Notes under the pieces: generated by a model
What the model was told of the DNA's origin: nothing
The model's input: the letters and a program-made list of their open reading frames with translations, nothing else
The model's database searches: none
From: an uncultured Alphaproteobacteria bacterium
GTDB taxonomy: Bacteria > Pseudomonadota > Alphaproteobacteria > Sphingomonadales > Sphingomonadaceae
Assembly (NCBI GenBank): GCA_963781485.1
Contig: CAWAFY010000004.1
Location: 218,445 to 282,444 of the forward strand
Direction of reading: 5' to 3'
Length of the DNA: 64,000 nucleotides
Position numbers and translations under genes: made by a program
Part shown: positions 30,071 to 39,405 of the stretch, piece after piece
Position numbering within the stretch: the stretch's first letter is position 1
Layout: the number at the start of each line of letters is the position of its first letter

Positions 30071-31402
30071 CTAGGTAACGTCACCACCCGGACTTGGGGC
30101 GAGCGCGCGGCGTTCGGCGCGAAGCAGCAGCAGGCCCAGCCAGGCGGAAACCAGGCACATGGCCGCGCTCAGCAAGAGGTGGTGGACGATGTCGAGCCCG
30201 ATGGCCGAAAGGCCGGTCGCGATAAGCGAACCTATGACCATTGCGCCCGAATTGACGATGTTGTTCGCCGCGATCGTCCGGGCCGTCTGGGTCTTGGGCA
30301 CGAAGGTGGTCAGAAAGGCGTAAAGCGGGACCACGAACATGCCGCCGGCAATCGCAATCCCCAGCAGGCAGAGCAGCAGCGGGATCGCGAGTGGATGAGC
30401 GATAAATTCGCCGACGTCGAGCAGGGTGCCGACAGGTTCGGCTACCCAGGCCCGGCAGACGAAATAGAACCCCAGGACAAAGCCTCCCATCGCGATCACC
30501 GAAGCTGGCGAATAGCGCGCCGACACTGTCCCCTTGAGCAAGGCGTTGACCGAGATCGAGCCGATCGCGACCCCGATCGAGAAGATCACCAGAAACAGGC
30601 TGGCGACTTCCTTCGAAGCCGTGAGGACGTTCTTGGCGAGCGGCGGGAACTGGATGAACAGCACCGCGCCGATCGTCCAGAAGAAGCTGATGGCCATGAT
30701 AGCGAGGAAAACCCGGCGGTCGTGGCTGGTGTTGCGGACCAGCGTGATCGAACTGCGGACGAAGTGAAAATCGAGCGGTTCGACCTCGCCCTGTGCCGGG
30801 GCTTCGGGCACCTGACGCGCGACGAGATAACCGATTATCGCGGTGACTATGACGCCGACGGCCGCGACTTCGACGGGGATCCAGCCCGCCAGGATCGTGC
30901 CGAACAGGATCGCGATGTAGGTTCCCGCCTCGACCAGCCCGGTACCGGCTAGCACCTCGTCGTCGCGCAGGTGCTGCGGCAGGATGGCGTACTTGATCGG
31001 TCCGAAGAAGGTCGAATGCACTCCCATGGCGAACAGCGCCAGCATCAGCAGCGGAATCGCCACCGCGTGGACCGCGATTCCTTTCCACGCGAGGACGAGG
31101 CCTGCCGCGCCGATCGTCATGATGCCGATTTCGGCAGCCTTGATGATGCGGATGATCCGCGCCTTGTCGCGCATGTCGGCCAGCTGGCCGGCCAGCGCCG
31201 AAAGCAGGAAGAACGGCAGGATGAACACGCCGCTGGCGATCGCGCTGAAGGTGCCTTCGGCGCTTTCCGAATTGTAGATGCTGTAGACCACGAACAGCAC
31301 CATCGCGGTCTTGTAGAGGTTGTCGTTGAAGGCGTTGAGCAGCTGGGTAATGAACAGCGGCAGAAAGCGCCGGCGCCGCAGCATGTGCGTGGATACGGTC
31401 AT
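30071..31402 (-). CDS. MFS transporter, LplT (lysophospholipid transporter)-like
   Basis: 443 aa, about 12 TM segments. The N-terminus RRFLPLFITQLLNAFNDNLYK resembles the LplT family. Confidence 0.75.
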   Translation of the reverse strand: MTVSTHMLRRRRFLPLFITQLLNAFNDNLYKTAMVLFVVYSIYNSESAEGTFSAIASGVFILPFFLLSALAGQLADMRDKARIIRIIKAAEIGIMTIGAAGLVLAWKGIAVHAVAIPLLMLALFAMGVHSTFFGPIKYAILPQHLRDDEVLAGTGLVEAGTYIAILFGTILAGWIPVEVAAVGVIVTAIIGYLVARQVPEAPAQGEVEPLDFHFVRSSITLVRNTSHDRRVFLAIMAISFFWTIGAVLFIQFPPLAKNVLTASKEVASLFLVIFSIGVAIGSISVNALLKGTVSARYSPASVIAMGGFVLGFYFVCRAWVAEPVGTLLDVGEFIAHPLAIPLLLCLLGIAIAGGMFVVPLYAFLTTFVPKTQTARTIAANNIVNSGAMVIGSLIATGLSAIGLDIVHHLLLSAAMCLVSAWLGLLLLRAERRALAPSPGGDVT

Positions 31403-31512
31403 GCAGATCCTGTGGCCAGCCTCTCGAAGCGATGGGGTCTAGCGACTGGCGCGCACGGAACAAGCGTTAACGGCGCTTTTGCCACGGCGACGCGTGCGCT
31501 AGGGCAAGCGCA

Positions 31513-32118
31513 ATGCTTACGCTGCCCAATCTGCTCACGCTCAGCCGCATCTTCGCGGTCCCGCTGCTCGCGTTCCTGCTGTGGTGGCCCGAATGGCGCT
31601 TCGGCTACGGCGTCGGCTTCGTGCTGTATTGCGTGATCGGCTTCACCGATTACCTCGACGGCTATCTCGCGCGGGCACAGGGCACGGTGAGCAAGCTGGG
31701 GCAGTTCCTCGACCCGATCGCCGACAAGATCATGGTCGCCGCGGTTATCCTGGTGCTTGCGGCACAGGGCTACATGCGCGGGCCCTATGTGGGCGACCTG
31801 CACGTTATCGCCGGGCTCATCATCCTGATGCGCGAGATCGCGGTCTCGGGCCTGCGCGAATTCCTCGGTCCGCTGCAGGTCTCGGTCCCGGTGTCGAAGC
31901 TTTCCAAGTGGAAGACGACCTTTCAGTTGATGAGCCTGGGCGCGCTGATCCTGGGCGGTGCGGTCCACGGCGCGCCCTGCACGGTAAGGGGCGATTGCGG
32001 ACCGCTGGCAGGCCAGTGGATTCACCTCGTCGGGCTTACCAGCCTGTGGGTCGCCGCGGTGCTGACAGTCGTCACCGGCTGGGATTACCTGCGTGTCGGC
32101 CTGAAGCACATGGATTGA
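31513..32118 (+). CDS. pgsA: CDP-diacylglycerol--glycerol-3-phosphate 3-phosphatidyltransferase
   Basis: LPNLLTLSRIF and DYLDGYLARAQGTVSKLGQFLDPIADK CDP-alcohol transferase motifs. Confidence 0.92.
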   Translation: MLTLPNLLTLSRIFAVPLLAFLLWWPEWRFGYGVGFVLYCVIGFTDYLDGYLARAQGTVSKLGQFLDPIADKIMVAAVILVLAAQGYMRGPYVGDLHVIAGLIILMREIAVSGLREFLGPLQVSVPVSKLSKWKTTFQLMSLGALILGGAVHGAPCTVRGDCGPLAGQWIHLVGLTSLWVAAVLTVVTGWDYLRVGLKHMD

Positions 32119-32319
32119 AGCGCGTCCGGCGCTCTCGTTAGAATCAAAAATGGCGGGCGCTACTGACTTTGGATAAATGGTCGGCTGCTGCGTTCTGCGC
32201 TACGCCGCTTTCGGGCAATCGGGCCTTTCGGGCGCTCGGCATAAAAACATAAGAAGCCGGCCCTTCGCGGCCCTGTCGACGCAGCGGCAGGGCCTATCCC
32301 AACGAAATCCCATTTCGTC

Positions 32320-33216
32320 TCAACCCGCGCGCAGTTCCTCGGCGAGCAGTCTGAACTCGTCCCCGCGAGGCGAGTTCTTGCGCCAGATGAGCGCGATCTC
32401 GCGGCTCGCGGCCTTGCCCTTGAGCGGGCGGGCGACGACCTGCGTTTCGTGCAGGATACCCGCGTCGATGGCCATTTCGGGAAGCATCGTCAGGCCCAGA
32501 CCGTTGTCGACCATCTGCACCAGCGTGTGGAGCGACGTGCCGATCATCGTCGCCGAGGCGCGCAATTCGGGACGATTGCACGCGGCAAGCGCGTGTTCCT
32601 TGAGGCAATGACCGTCTTCGAGCAGCAGCAGGCGGCCTTGGTCGATCATCGAGGGCGGGATCTCGGCGGGGGGATCGCGCGGGTCGTTCCTGGGGAAGGC
32701 GACGAACAGGCGGTCATCGGCAATGTGCGCGCTTTCGACCTCGCCCGTGGCGAACGGCAGCGCGAGCAGCACGCAGTCCGCGCGTCCGTGGTGGAGGCTC
32801 TCGATTGCGTGATCGCTCGTCTCCTCGCGCAGGAACAGCTTGAGGGCGGGGCGCTCGTTGCGCAGGCGCGGGAGAATGCGCGGCAGCAGGAAAGGCGCGA
32901 TCGTCGGTATGACGCTCATGCGGAGTTCGCCCGACAGCGGCTTGCCGCTCGCCTGGACGAGTTCGAGAAGTTCTTCCGCCTCGCGCAGCAGCCGATGCGC
33001 CTTGGCGACGACCTGCTCGCCCAACGGGGTGAACCGCACGACCCGGCGACTGCGTTCGACGAGCGTGATGCCAAGCAGCGATTCCAGCTCGCGAAGCCCG
33101 GCCGACAGCGTCGACTGCGAAACGAAACTGGCCTCTGCCGCGCGGCCGAAATGGCCGTGCTCGTGCAGCGCCACAAGGTATTGGAGCTGCTTGATCGTTG
33201 GAAGGTAGGTGCTCAC
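32320..33216 (-). CDS. oxyR: LysR-family hydrogen peroxide sensor OxyR
   Basis: HTH region LQYLVALHEHGHFGRAAEASFVSQSTLS. Redox cysteine pair context LLLEDGHCLKEHALAACN matches OxyR C199/C208. GTG start. Confidence 0.85.
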   Translation of the reverse strand: MSTYLPTIKQLQYLVALHEHGHFGRAAEASFVSQSTLSAGLRELESLLGITLVERSRRVVRFTPLGEQVVAKAHRLLREAEELLELVQASGKPLSGELRMSVIPTIAPFLLPRILPRLRNERPALKLFLREETSDHAIESLHHGRADCVLLALPFATGEVESAHIADDRLFVAFPRNDPRDPPAEIPPSMIDQGRLLLLEDGHCLKEHALAACNRPELRASATMIGTSLHTLVQMVDNGLGLTMLPEMAIDAGILHETQVVARPLKGKAASREIALIWRKNSPRGDEFRLLAEELRAG

Positions 33217-34412
33217 TCGGCGGCCAGCGTCTCGGCCTCCGACTCGGGCACTTCGATCCGGGTCATCTTGAGCCGGCCGCTTTCCACCCCGAAGCCGAGT
33301 TTCCCCTCGACCAGTTCAAGCGCATCCTTGCCGAACACTTCGTAACGCCAGCCCTTGAGCACGGGCAGGTCGCGCGCGCCGGCTGCAAGCGCCTCCATCT
33401 CGTCGGAGCGGGTCAGCAGCCGTGCGGCGACGTCGATCTCGCGGCTGCGGATCTTGAGCAGCAGCTTGAGCAAGTCGGCCACCAGCGCGCCTTCCTTGCC
33501 CAGCGGCGCGCCGCGCTTGGGCTTGTCGGGCATCTCGTTCGCGGACAGCGGTTCGGCCTTCTCGATAACCTTCATCAGCCGCTTGCCGATGTCGTTGTCC
33601 TTCCATGCAGCCGACAGTCCGCGCACCTTGACCAGGTCGGCCTGGCCCTTTGGCGGATGGCTGGCGAGATCGGCCAGCGTCTCGTCGCGCATGATCCGGC
33701 CGCGCGGGATGTTCTTGTGCTGCGCTTCCTGCTCGCGCCAGCCTGCCAGTGCCTTGAGCCTGCCGAGCACGATGGCGCTGCGGCTCGGCGGGCGGATGCG
33801 CTGCCAGGCGCTGCCGGGATCGTTGGCGTAGTTCGAAGGGTCGGCGAGCTTGTCCATCTCGGCATCGAGCCACACCCCGCGGCCCGTCTTGAACAGCTTC
33901 TTCAGGATCTTGGGAAAGATCACCGACAGATGGGTCACGTCGCCGATGGCGTATTCGATCTGCCGGTCGGTCAGCGGCCGCCGGCTCCAGTCGGTGAACC
34001 GGGCGCCCTTGTCGACCGTGAAGCCGAGCCAGCTTTCGACGAGATTGGCATAGCCGATCTGTTCGGACTGGCTGATCGCCATCGTCGCGATCTGCGTGTC
34101 GAAGATCGGATGCGGGGTCTTGCCGGTCAGGTTGTAGATGATCTCCACGTCCTGTCCGCCGGCGTGGAAGACCTTGAGCACGTCCTCGTTCTCGCACATC
34201 AGGTCGAGCAGGGGGGTGAGGTCGATCCCGCTGGCCAGCGGGTCGATCGCCGCAGCCTCCTCGGTATTGGCGATCTGTACCAGGCACAGTTCCGGCCAGT
34301 ACGTGTTCTCGCGCATGAATTCGGTGTCGACCGTGACGAAATCGGATTTCGCCAGGCGCTCACAAAGATCGGAGAGCGCGGCGGTTGTAGTAATCAGTTC
34401 ATGTATCTTCAT
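33213..34412 (-). CDS. rnd: ribonuclease D
   Basis: DEDD exonuclease motifs (VTVDTEFMRENTYWPELCLVQIA, HAGGQDVEI, YAIGDVTHL) and an HRDC-like C-terminus. ATG at 34412. Confidence 0.9.
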   Translation of the reverse strand: MKIHELITTTAALSDLCERLAKSDFVTVDTEFMRENTYWPELCLVQIANTEEAAAIDPLASGIDLTPLLDLMCENEDVLKVFHAGGQDVEIIYNLTGKTPHPIFDTQIATMAISQSEQIGYANLVESWLGFTVDKGARFTDWSRRPLTDRQIEYAIGDVTHLSVIFPKILKKLFKTGRGVWLDAEMDKLADPSNYANDPGSAWQRIRPPSRSAIVLGRLKALAGWREQEAQHKNIPRGRIMRDETLADLASHPPKGQADLVKVRGLSAAWKDNDIGKRLMKVIEKAEPLSANEMPDKPKRGAPLGKEGALVADLLKLLLKIRSREIDVAARLLTRSDEMEALAAGARDLPVLKGWRYEVFGKDALELVEGKLGFGVESGRLKMTRIEVPESEAETLAAE

Positions 34413-34582
34413 GGTACTTTTCTTGTCTCTCGGGCGGAGTACCGCCCCCGGGACCGCCGCCGCCGTCAGGCCACCGCCTTGACAAAGCACCGTCGTTCCC
34501 CTGTTAGCGCGCGTCGTTTCCGACTAGGGAAGCGCGCGCGCCGCGCCCTAGCGCCATACCGCCGAAAATGGAAAGAATTTAG

Positions 34583-36364
34583 ATGCACGCCTATCGTACC
34601 CACAGTTGCGGCGCCCTGACCAAGGACGACGTCGGCGAAACCGTCCGCCTGTCGGGTTGGGTGCACAACAAGCGCGACCACGGCGGCGTGCTGTTCGTCG
34701 ACCTGCGCGACCACTACGGCATCACCCAGGTCGTTGCCGACAGCGACAGCCCGGCGCTACCGGTGCTCGAGAAGCTGAAGCTGGAATCGGTCGTCACGAT
34801 CGACGGAGCCGTGAAGGCGCGGGCCGCGGCGGCGGTGAACCCGAACCTGCCGACCGGCGAGATCGAGGTGTTCGCGCGCGAAGTGACCGTGCAGAGCCGG
34901 GCGGAGGACTTGCCGCTGATCGTCAATTCGGCGGAGGACTATCCCGAGGAGACGCGCCTCAAGTACCGCTTCGTCGATCTGCGGCGCGAGCGGGTGCACG
35001 CCAACATCGTGCTGCGCTCCAACGTTATCGCCAGCCTGCGTCGGCGGATGATCGACAAGGGCTTTACCGAATTCCAGACGCCGATTCTCGGCGCATCGTC
35101 GCCCGAAGGCGCGCGCGACTACCTCGTGCCGAGCCGCCTGCACCCGGGCCGCTTCTACGCGCTTCCGCAGGCACCGCAGATGTTCAAGCAGCTGCTGATG
35201 GTCGCCGGGTTCGACCGCTACTTCCAGATCGCGCCCTGCTTCCGCGACGAGGACCTGCGCGCCGACCGCAGTCCTGAGTTCTACCAGCTCGACTTCGAGA
35301 TGAGCTTCGTCACGCAGGAAGACGTGTTCCAGGCGATCGAGCCGGTGCTGGCGGGCGTGTTCGAGGAATTTTCGGGCGGCAAGGCGGTTACTCCTGCCGG
35401 CAGCTTCCCGCGGATCCCCTACCGCGAAGCAATGCTGAAATACGGCACCGACAAGCCCGATCTGCGCAACCCGCTGATCATCGCGGATGTCTCGGGCCAC
35501 TTCACCACTTCCGGCTTCGGTTTGTTCGAGAAGATCGTCGGCACCGGCGGCGTCGTCCGGGCAATTCCCGCCCCCTCGACTCACGAGAAGAGCCGCAAGT
35601 TCTTCGACGAGATGAACGACTGGGCGCGCAAGGAGGGTTTTGCGGGGCTGGGCTACGTTACTCGCAAGGGCGGCGAGTTCGGCGGGCCGATCGCCAAGAA
35701 TCACGGGGCCGAGGGGATGGAGAAGCTCTACGCCGAACTCGGCCTGGGCGAGAACGACGGATTGTTCTTCGCCGCAGGCAAGGAAAAGGACGCGGTCAAG
35801 CTTGCCGGTGCCGCGCGCACGCGCGTTGGCGAACAGTTGGGCCTCATTCCGCAGGACCGCTTCGACTTTTGCTGGATCGTCGACTTTCCGATGTTCGAAT
35901 ACGACGAAGACGCCAAGAAGGTCGATTTCAGCCATAACCCGTTCTCGATGCCGCAGGGCGAGATGGAGGCGCTGGAAACCAGGGACCCGCTCGATATCCT
36001 CGCGTGGCAGTACGACATCGTCTGCAACGGCTACGAGCTGTCATCGGGCGCGATCCGGAATCATCGGCCGGACATCATGTACAAGGCGTTCGAGATCGCC
36101 GGCTACAGCCGCGAAGACGTCGATACCAACTTCTCGGGCATGATCGAGGCGTTCAAGCTCGGCGCCCCGCCGCACGGCGGTTCGGCGCCCGGCATCGACC
36201 GCATCGTGATGCTGCTGGCAGATGAGCCCAATATCCGAGAGGTCATCGCCTTCCCGTTGAACCAGCGCGCGCAGGACCTGATGATGGGCGCGCCCAGCGA
36301 GGTACCGGCGCGCGCTCTGCGTGATGTGCATATCCGCCTGATGGAGCAGCCCAAGGGCGACTGA
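34583..36364 (+). CDS. aspS: aspartate--tRNA ligase
   Basis: 593 aa. [12 protein letters not shown]...[24 protein letters not shown] and class II motifs ([19 protein letters not shown]). Confidence 0.96.
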   Translation: MHAYRTHSCGALTKDDVGETVRLSGWVHNKRDHGGVLFVDLRDHYGITQVVADSDSPALPVLEKLKLESVVTIDGAVKARAAAAVNPNLPTGEIEVFAREVTVQSRAEDLPLIVNSAEDYPEETRLKYRFVDLRRERVHANIVLRSNVIASLRRRMIDKGFTEFQTPILGASSPEGARDYLVPSRLHPGRFYALPQAPQMFKQLLMVAGFDRYFQIAPCFRDEDLRADRSPEFYQLDFEMSFVTQEDVFQAIEPVLAGVFEEFSGGKAVTPAGSFPRIPYREAMLKYGTDKPDLRNPLIIADVSGHFTTSGFGLFEKIVGTGGVVRAIPAPSTHEKSRKFFDEMNDWARKEGFAGLGYVTRKGGEFGGPIAKNHGAEGMEKLYAELGLGENDGLFFAAGKEKDAVKLAGAARTRVGEQLGLIPQDRFDFCWIVDFPMFEYDEDAKKVDFSHNPFSMPQGEMEALETRDPLDILAWQYDIVCNGYELSSGAIRNHRPDIMYKAFEIAGYSREDVDTNFSGMIEAFKLGAPPHGGSAPGIDRIVMLLADEPNIREVIAFPLNQRAQDLMMGAPSEVPARALRDVHIRLMEQPKGD

Positions 36365-36437
36365 CCATCGCTTGCGAACGTTTGACCGGGCGGGCCGTTC
36401 AGCGTAATTTGCCCCTATTGTTTAGGGGATAAAGGCC

Positions 36438-37016
36438 ATGCGTTCCCGAGTGATGCGGCTGGCGGGTATGGGCGGCGCCGTCCTCGCCCTTGGCGCCCTG
36501 ACGGTGCCGGCCCGGGCACAGTTCAGCGGATTGTTGAGCCGGGTCAAGCCACCACAGGAAGAGCGTACAGCCGATGGCTGCGGCAAGGGTAAATCCCGCA
36601 GTGGAGGCTCTCAGGTGCTGGGTTCCATCCTTGGTTCTGTCGCTGGCCAGGCCGCATCCCGCGCCGGCATTTATTCGTGGGTGCCGATATCGGGTCTGAC
36701 CGACCAACTGACGGCCGCAATCGCCTGCAAGCTCGAACCGGAAGAACAGAAGCAGGCTGCCCAAGCGACGCTCGACGCGACCCGCGGCGAAGGTGCAGCG
36801 AGCGAGGTTGCCGTCGGCACATCGGTGGCCTGGTCATCCCAGACGCGCGAGAACGTGACCGGCACCTCGACCGTGGTTGCGCGAAATGACTCGGCACCGG
36901 CCGGGCTGCAGTGCCTTACCGTGTCGGATGTCATTATCGTCCATGGAGAGGAAACGCGCGCCGACAAGCGCATGTGTCGCAAGCCGCCCGCCGCGCGATA
37001 CGCGCTGATCGCGTGA
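36438..37016 (+). CDS. secreted hypothetical protein with glycine-zipper segment, surface-antigen (COG4520)-like C-terminus
   Basis: Sec signal peptide (ALGALTVPARAQF), GSILGSVAGQAASRAG, and a C-terminal W...C...G...MCRK pattern. Confidence 0.6.
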   Translation: MRSRVMRLAGMGGAVLALGALTVPARAQFSGLLSRVKPPQEERTADGCGKGKSRSGGSQVLGSILGSVAGQAASRAGIYSWVPISGLTDQLTAAIACKLEPEEQKQAAQATLDATRGEGAASEVAVGTSVAWSSQTRENVTGTSTVVARNDSAPAGLQCLTVSDVIIVHGEETRADKRMCRKPPAARYALIA

Positions 37017-37714
37017 GGGCACCGGTCCGCCTGTTCGCGGCGATTGCGGCGCTCGGTCTGCTGACCGCGGCGAACGACCCCGACAATCCGACATGCCCCG
37101 CTACGCCCGACTGGGGTCCTCTCAAGTCGATGACCCTGACGCCTGCGGTTCGCGGGGGCGCTCATGTGCTGCTCGCGGAAGGGAAGATCGATGCGTCACT
37201 TCCCGGGCGATTGCGCACCGCGATAGAGGCGGACGAACGGATCAGTGAGATCTGGATTCGCTCAAGCGGCGGCAACGCCGGGGCGGGCAATGCGGCGGGC
37301 AGGGTGATCCGTTCGTTTCCGGGCATGCTCACGCGGATACCAACCGGGTGGACGTGCTTTTCCGCCTGCAACTTCGTGTTCATGGGCGGCGATCGGCGTT
37401 TGGTCGAGCCGGGCGGGGTGTTCATGGTCCACATGTTCACTCACACCGATCAGCGCGACGTGATTCAGGAAACGATTGCCGAGGGCACCAACGCCACGGC
37501 CGGGTTGATTGGCGAGATCGAGCAGTCGAGCGCGCTACTCGCCAGCGACGACAACGATTTCCTTATCCGCATGGGGATCAGCCGCAAGCTGCTGACCGAG
37601 GTCATGTACCGCCAACAGGCCATCAAATCGGCGGAGAATCCGAGCACCCGGTATTGCCTGAGCCAGGACGAGGTCCGGCGATACAACGTGATGACCGAGG
37701 AAAAGCCGGGCTGA
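37013..37714 (+). CDS. hypothetical exported protein, possibly ClpP/S49-like fold (COG3904-like)
   Basis: The GTG start overlaps the upstream stop (GTGA). Hydrophobic N-terminus. IRSSGGNAGAGNAAG...CFSACNFVFMGG segment. Confidence 0.55.
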   Translation: MRAPVRLFAAIAALGLLTAANDPDNPTCPATPDWGPLKSMTLTPAVRGGAHVLLAEGKIDASLPGRLRTAIEADERISEIWIRSSGGNAGAGNAAGRVIRSFPGMLTRIPTGWTCFSACNFVFMGGDRRLVEPGGVFMVHMFTHTDQRDVIQETIAEGTNATAGLIGEIEQSSALLASDDNDFLIRMGISRKLLTEVMYRQQAIKSAENPSTRYCLSQDEVRRYNVMTEEKPG

Positions 37715-37814
37715 GCCTTCCACGCCGGGTGTCGAGCGGGCACTTGCAAGGCTCCGCAGCGTTGATTAGGGCGAGAGGCAATTCGAAATTATCCCAATCA
37801 AAAAGGGCCCACTC

Positions 37815-38051
37815 ATGAGCGATACCGCCGACCGCGTGCAGAAGATCGTAGTCGAACATCTCGGCGTCGAAGCCGACAAGGTCACCCAGGAAGCAAGCTT
37901 CATCGACGATCTCGGTGCGGACAGCCTCGACATTGTCGAGCTGGTCATGGCGTTCGAAGAGGAATTCGGCGTCGAAATCCCCGACGATGCGGCCGAGAAG
38001 ATCGCCACCGTGGGCGACGCGACCAAGTACATCGAAGAGCACAAGGGCTGA
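37815..38051 (+). CDS. acpP: acyl carrier protein
   Basis: 78 aa with the phosphopantetheine site [21 protein letters not shown]. Confidence 0.96.
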   Translation: MSDTADRVQKIVVEHLGVEADKVTQEASFIDDLGADSLDIVELVMAFEEEFGVEIPDDAAEKIATVGDATKYIEEHKG

Positions 38052-38092
38052 TTGCCCATCCCGCCGTGCTCGCCGTTCGGCGGGGTATCGAC

Positions 38093-38131
38093 AGGCTCGG
38101 GCCCTAACAGGGGTTCGGGCCTGTTGCGTTT
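38093..38131 (+). terminator. stem-loop (attenuator/terminator) between acpP and fabF
   Basis: 12-bp stem AGGCTCGGGCCC / GGGTTCGGGCCT (three G-U pairs) followed by gttgcgttt. A second hairpin CCCGCCG...CGGCGGG lies at 38060-38084. Confidence 0.5.
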
Positions 38132-38143
38132 ACGGAGAGTAAT

Positions 38144-39404
38144 ATGCGCCGAGTGGTCATAACCGGACTGGGACTTGTCACCCCGTTGGGGGCCGACGTC
38201 GAGACGGTTTGGGCAAACCTGATTGCGGGCAAGAGCGGGATCGGTCCGATCACCCGCTTCGACGTCAGCGATCAGAAGGCCAAGATCGCCGGCGAGGTGA
38301 AGCCTGCCGATCACGAGTGGGGCTTCGACCCGAACAAGCGCGTCGACCACAAGGTCCAGCGGCAGGTCGACCCGTTCATCGTCTATGCGATCGACGCCGC
38401 CGGACAGGCGTTCGAGGATGCCGGCCTGGAAAACATGACCGACCAGGAAAAGGAGCGCGCCGGCGTTTCGATCGGTTCGGGCATCGGCGGCTTGCCGGGA
38501 ATCGAGAGCGAATCGCTCGTGCTGGCTGAAAAAGGCCCGACCCGCGTGTCGCCGCACTTCGTTCACGGGCGGCTGATCAACCTGACCAGCGGTCAGGTTT
38601 CGATCAAGTACGGCCTGATGGGGCCGAACCACTCGGTCGTCACCGCCTGTTCGACCGGCGCGCACTCGATCGGCGACGCCGCGCGGATGATCAAGGACGA
38701 CGACGCCGACATCATGCTCGCGGGGGGCGCCGAATTCGACGATCAACCCGATCGGCATCGCCGGCTTCGCGCAGGCCAAGGCGCTCAACATGAGCATGAA
38801 CGACGACCCCACGCGCGCCAGCCGCCCCTACGACAAGGGCCGCGACGGGTTCGTGATGGGCGAGGGCGCGGGCGTCATGGTGCTCGAGGAATACGAGCAC
38901 GCCAAGGCACGCGGCGCGAAGATCTATGCCGAAGTCGTCGGCTACGGCCTGTCGGGCGATGCCTACCACGTCACCGCTCCGCATCCCGAAGGGCGCGGCG
39001 CCGAACTGGCCATGCGGATGGCGCTCAAGAAGGCGCACATGGTCCCGGGCGACATCGACTACGTCAACGCGCACGGCACATCGACGATGGCCGACACGAT
39101 CGAACTGGCCGCGGTCAAGCGCGTGCTGGGCGACGACCTGCACGGCGCCTCGATGAGCAGCACCAAGAGCGCGATCGGGCACCTGCTCGGCGGCGCGGGC
39201 GCGGTCGAGGCGATCTTCTGCGTGCTGGCGATCCGCGACCAGATCGTGCCGCCGACGCTCAATCTCGACGATCCGGACGAGGGCACCGAAGGAGTCGATC
39301 TGGTCCCGCACGTCGCGAAGAAGCGCAAGGTCGAGGCCGCTCTCAGCAACAGCTTCGGCTTCGGCGGCACCAATGCGAGCGTGATCTTCAAGAAGGTCGA
39401 CTGA
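38144..39404 (+). pseudogene. fabF: beta-ketoacyl-ACP synthase II, interrupted by a 1-nt insertion (frame switch near 38732-38737); possibly a sequence artefact
   Basis: The N-terminal half up to LAGGAE (with ACSTGAHSIGDA) lies in the frame of ORF 38144. The C-terminal half ([33 protein letters not shown]...[11 protein letters not shown]...[14 protein letters not shown]) lies in the frame of ORF 38790..39404. Length is 1261 nt, i.e. 1 mod 3. The 421-aa track ORF is a run-on in the wrong frame. Confidence 0.9.
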
Positions 39405-39405
39405 G

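Noticed and set aside
29883-30074. 63-aa ORF with a hydrophobic C-terminus in the gap between the csbD terminator and the MFS gene.
   Set aside because: Third-position GC is only about 68% by hand count, below neighbouring genes. There is no RBS, and its stop overlaps the convergent MFS gene. The evidence is insufficient to call it.
32119-32319. Possible sRNA in the 200-nt convergent gap between pgsA and oxyR. Hairpins include GGCCCTG-N12-CAGGGCC near 32262-32287.
   Set aside because: The hairpins are adequately explained as terminators for the two convergent genes. I see no promoter or conserved sRNA motif.
33198-34619. Long ORFs antisense to or out of frame with real genes. Examples: 33198..34619 (+), 55985..57556 (-), 26898..28262 (+), 43028..44269 (-), 34757..35935 (-), 21318..22295 (-), 58545..59687 (-).
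   Set aside because: These are typical high-GC shadow ORFs. Their translations are Arg/Pro/Gly/Ala-rich with no recognisable motifs. Each lies opposite a gene with strong family signatures (rnd, glpK, dapF/GGDEF-EAL, the kinase, aspS, kup, moaA).
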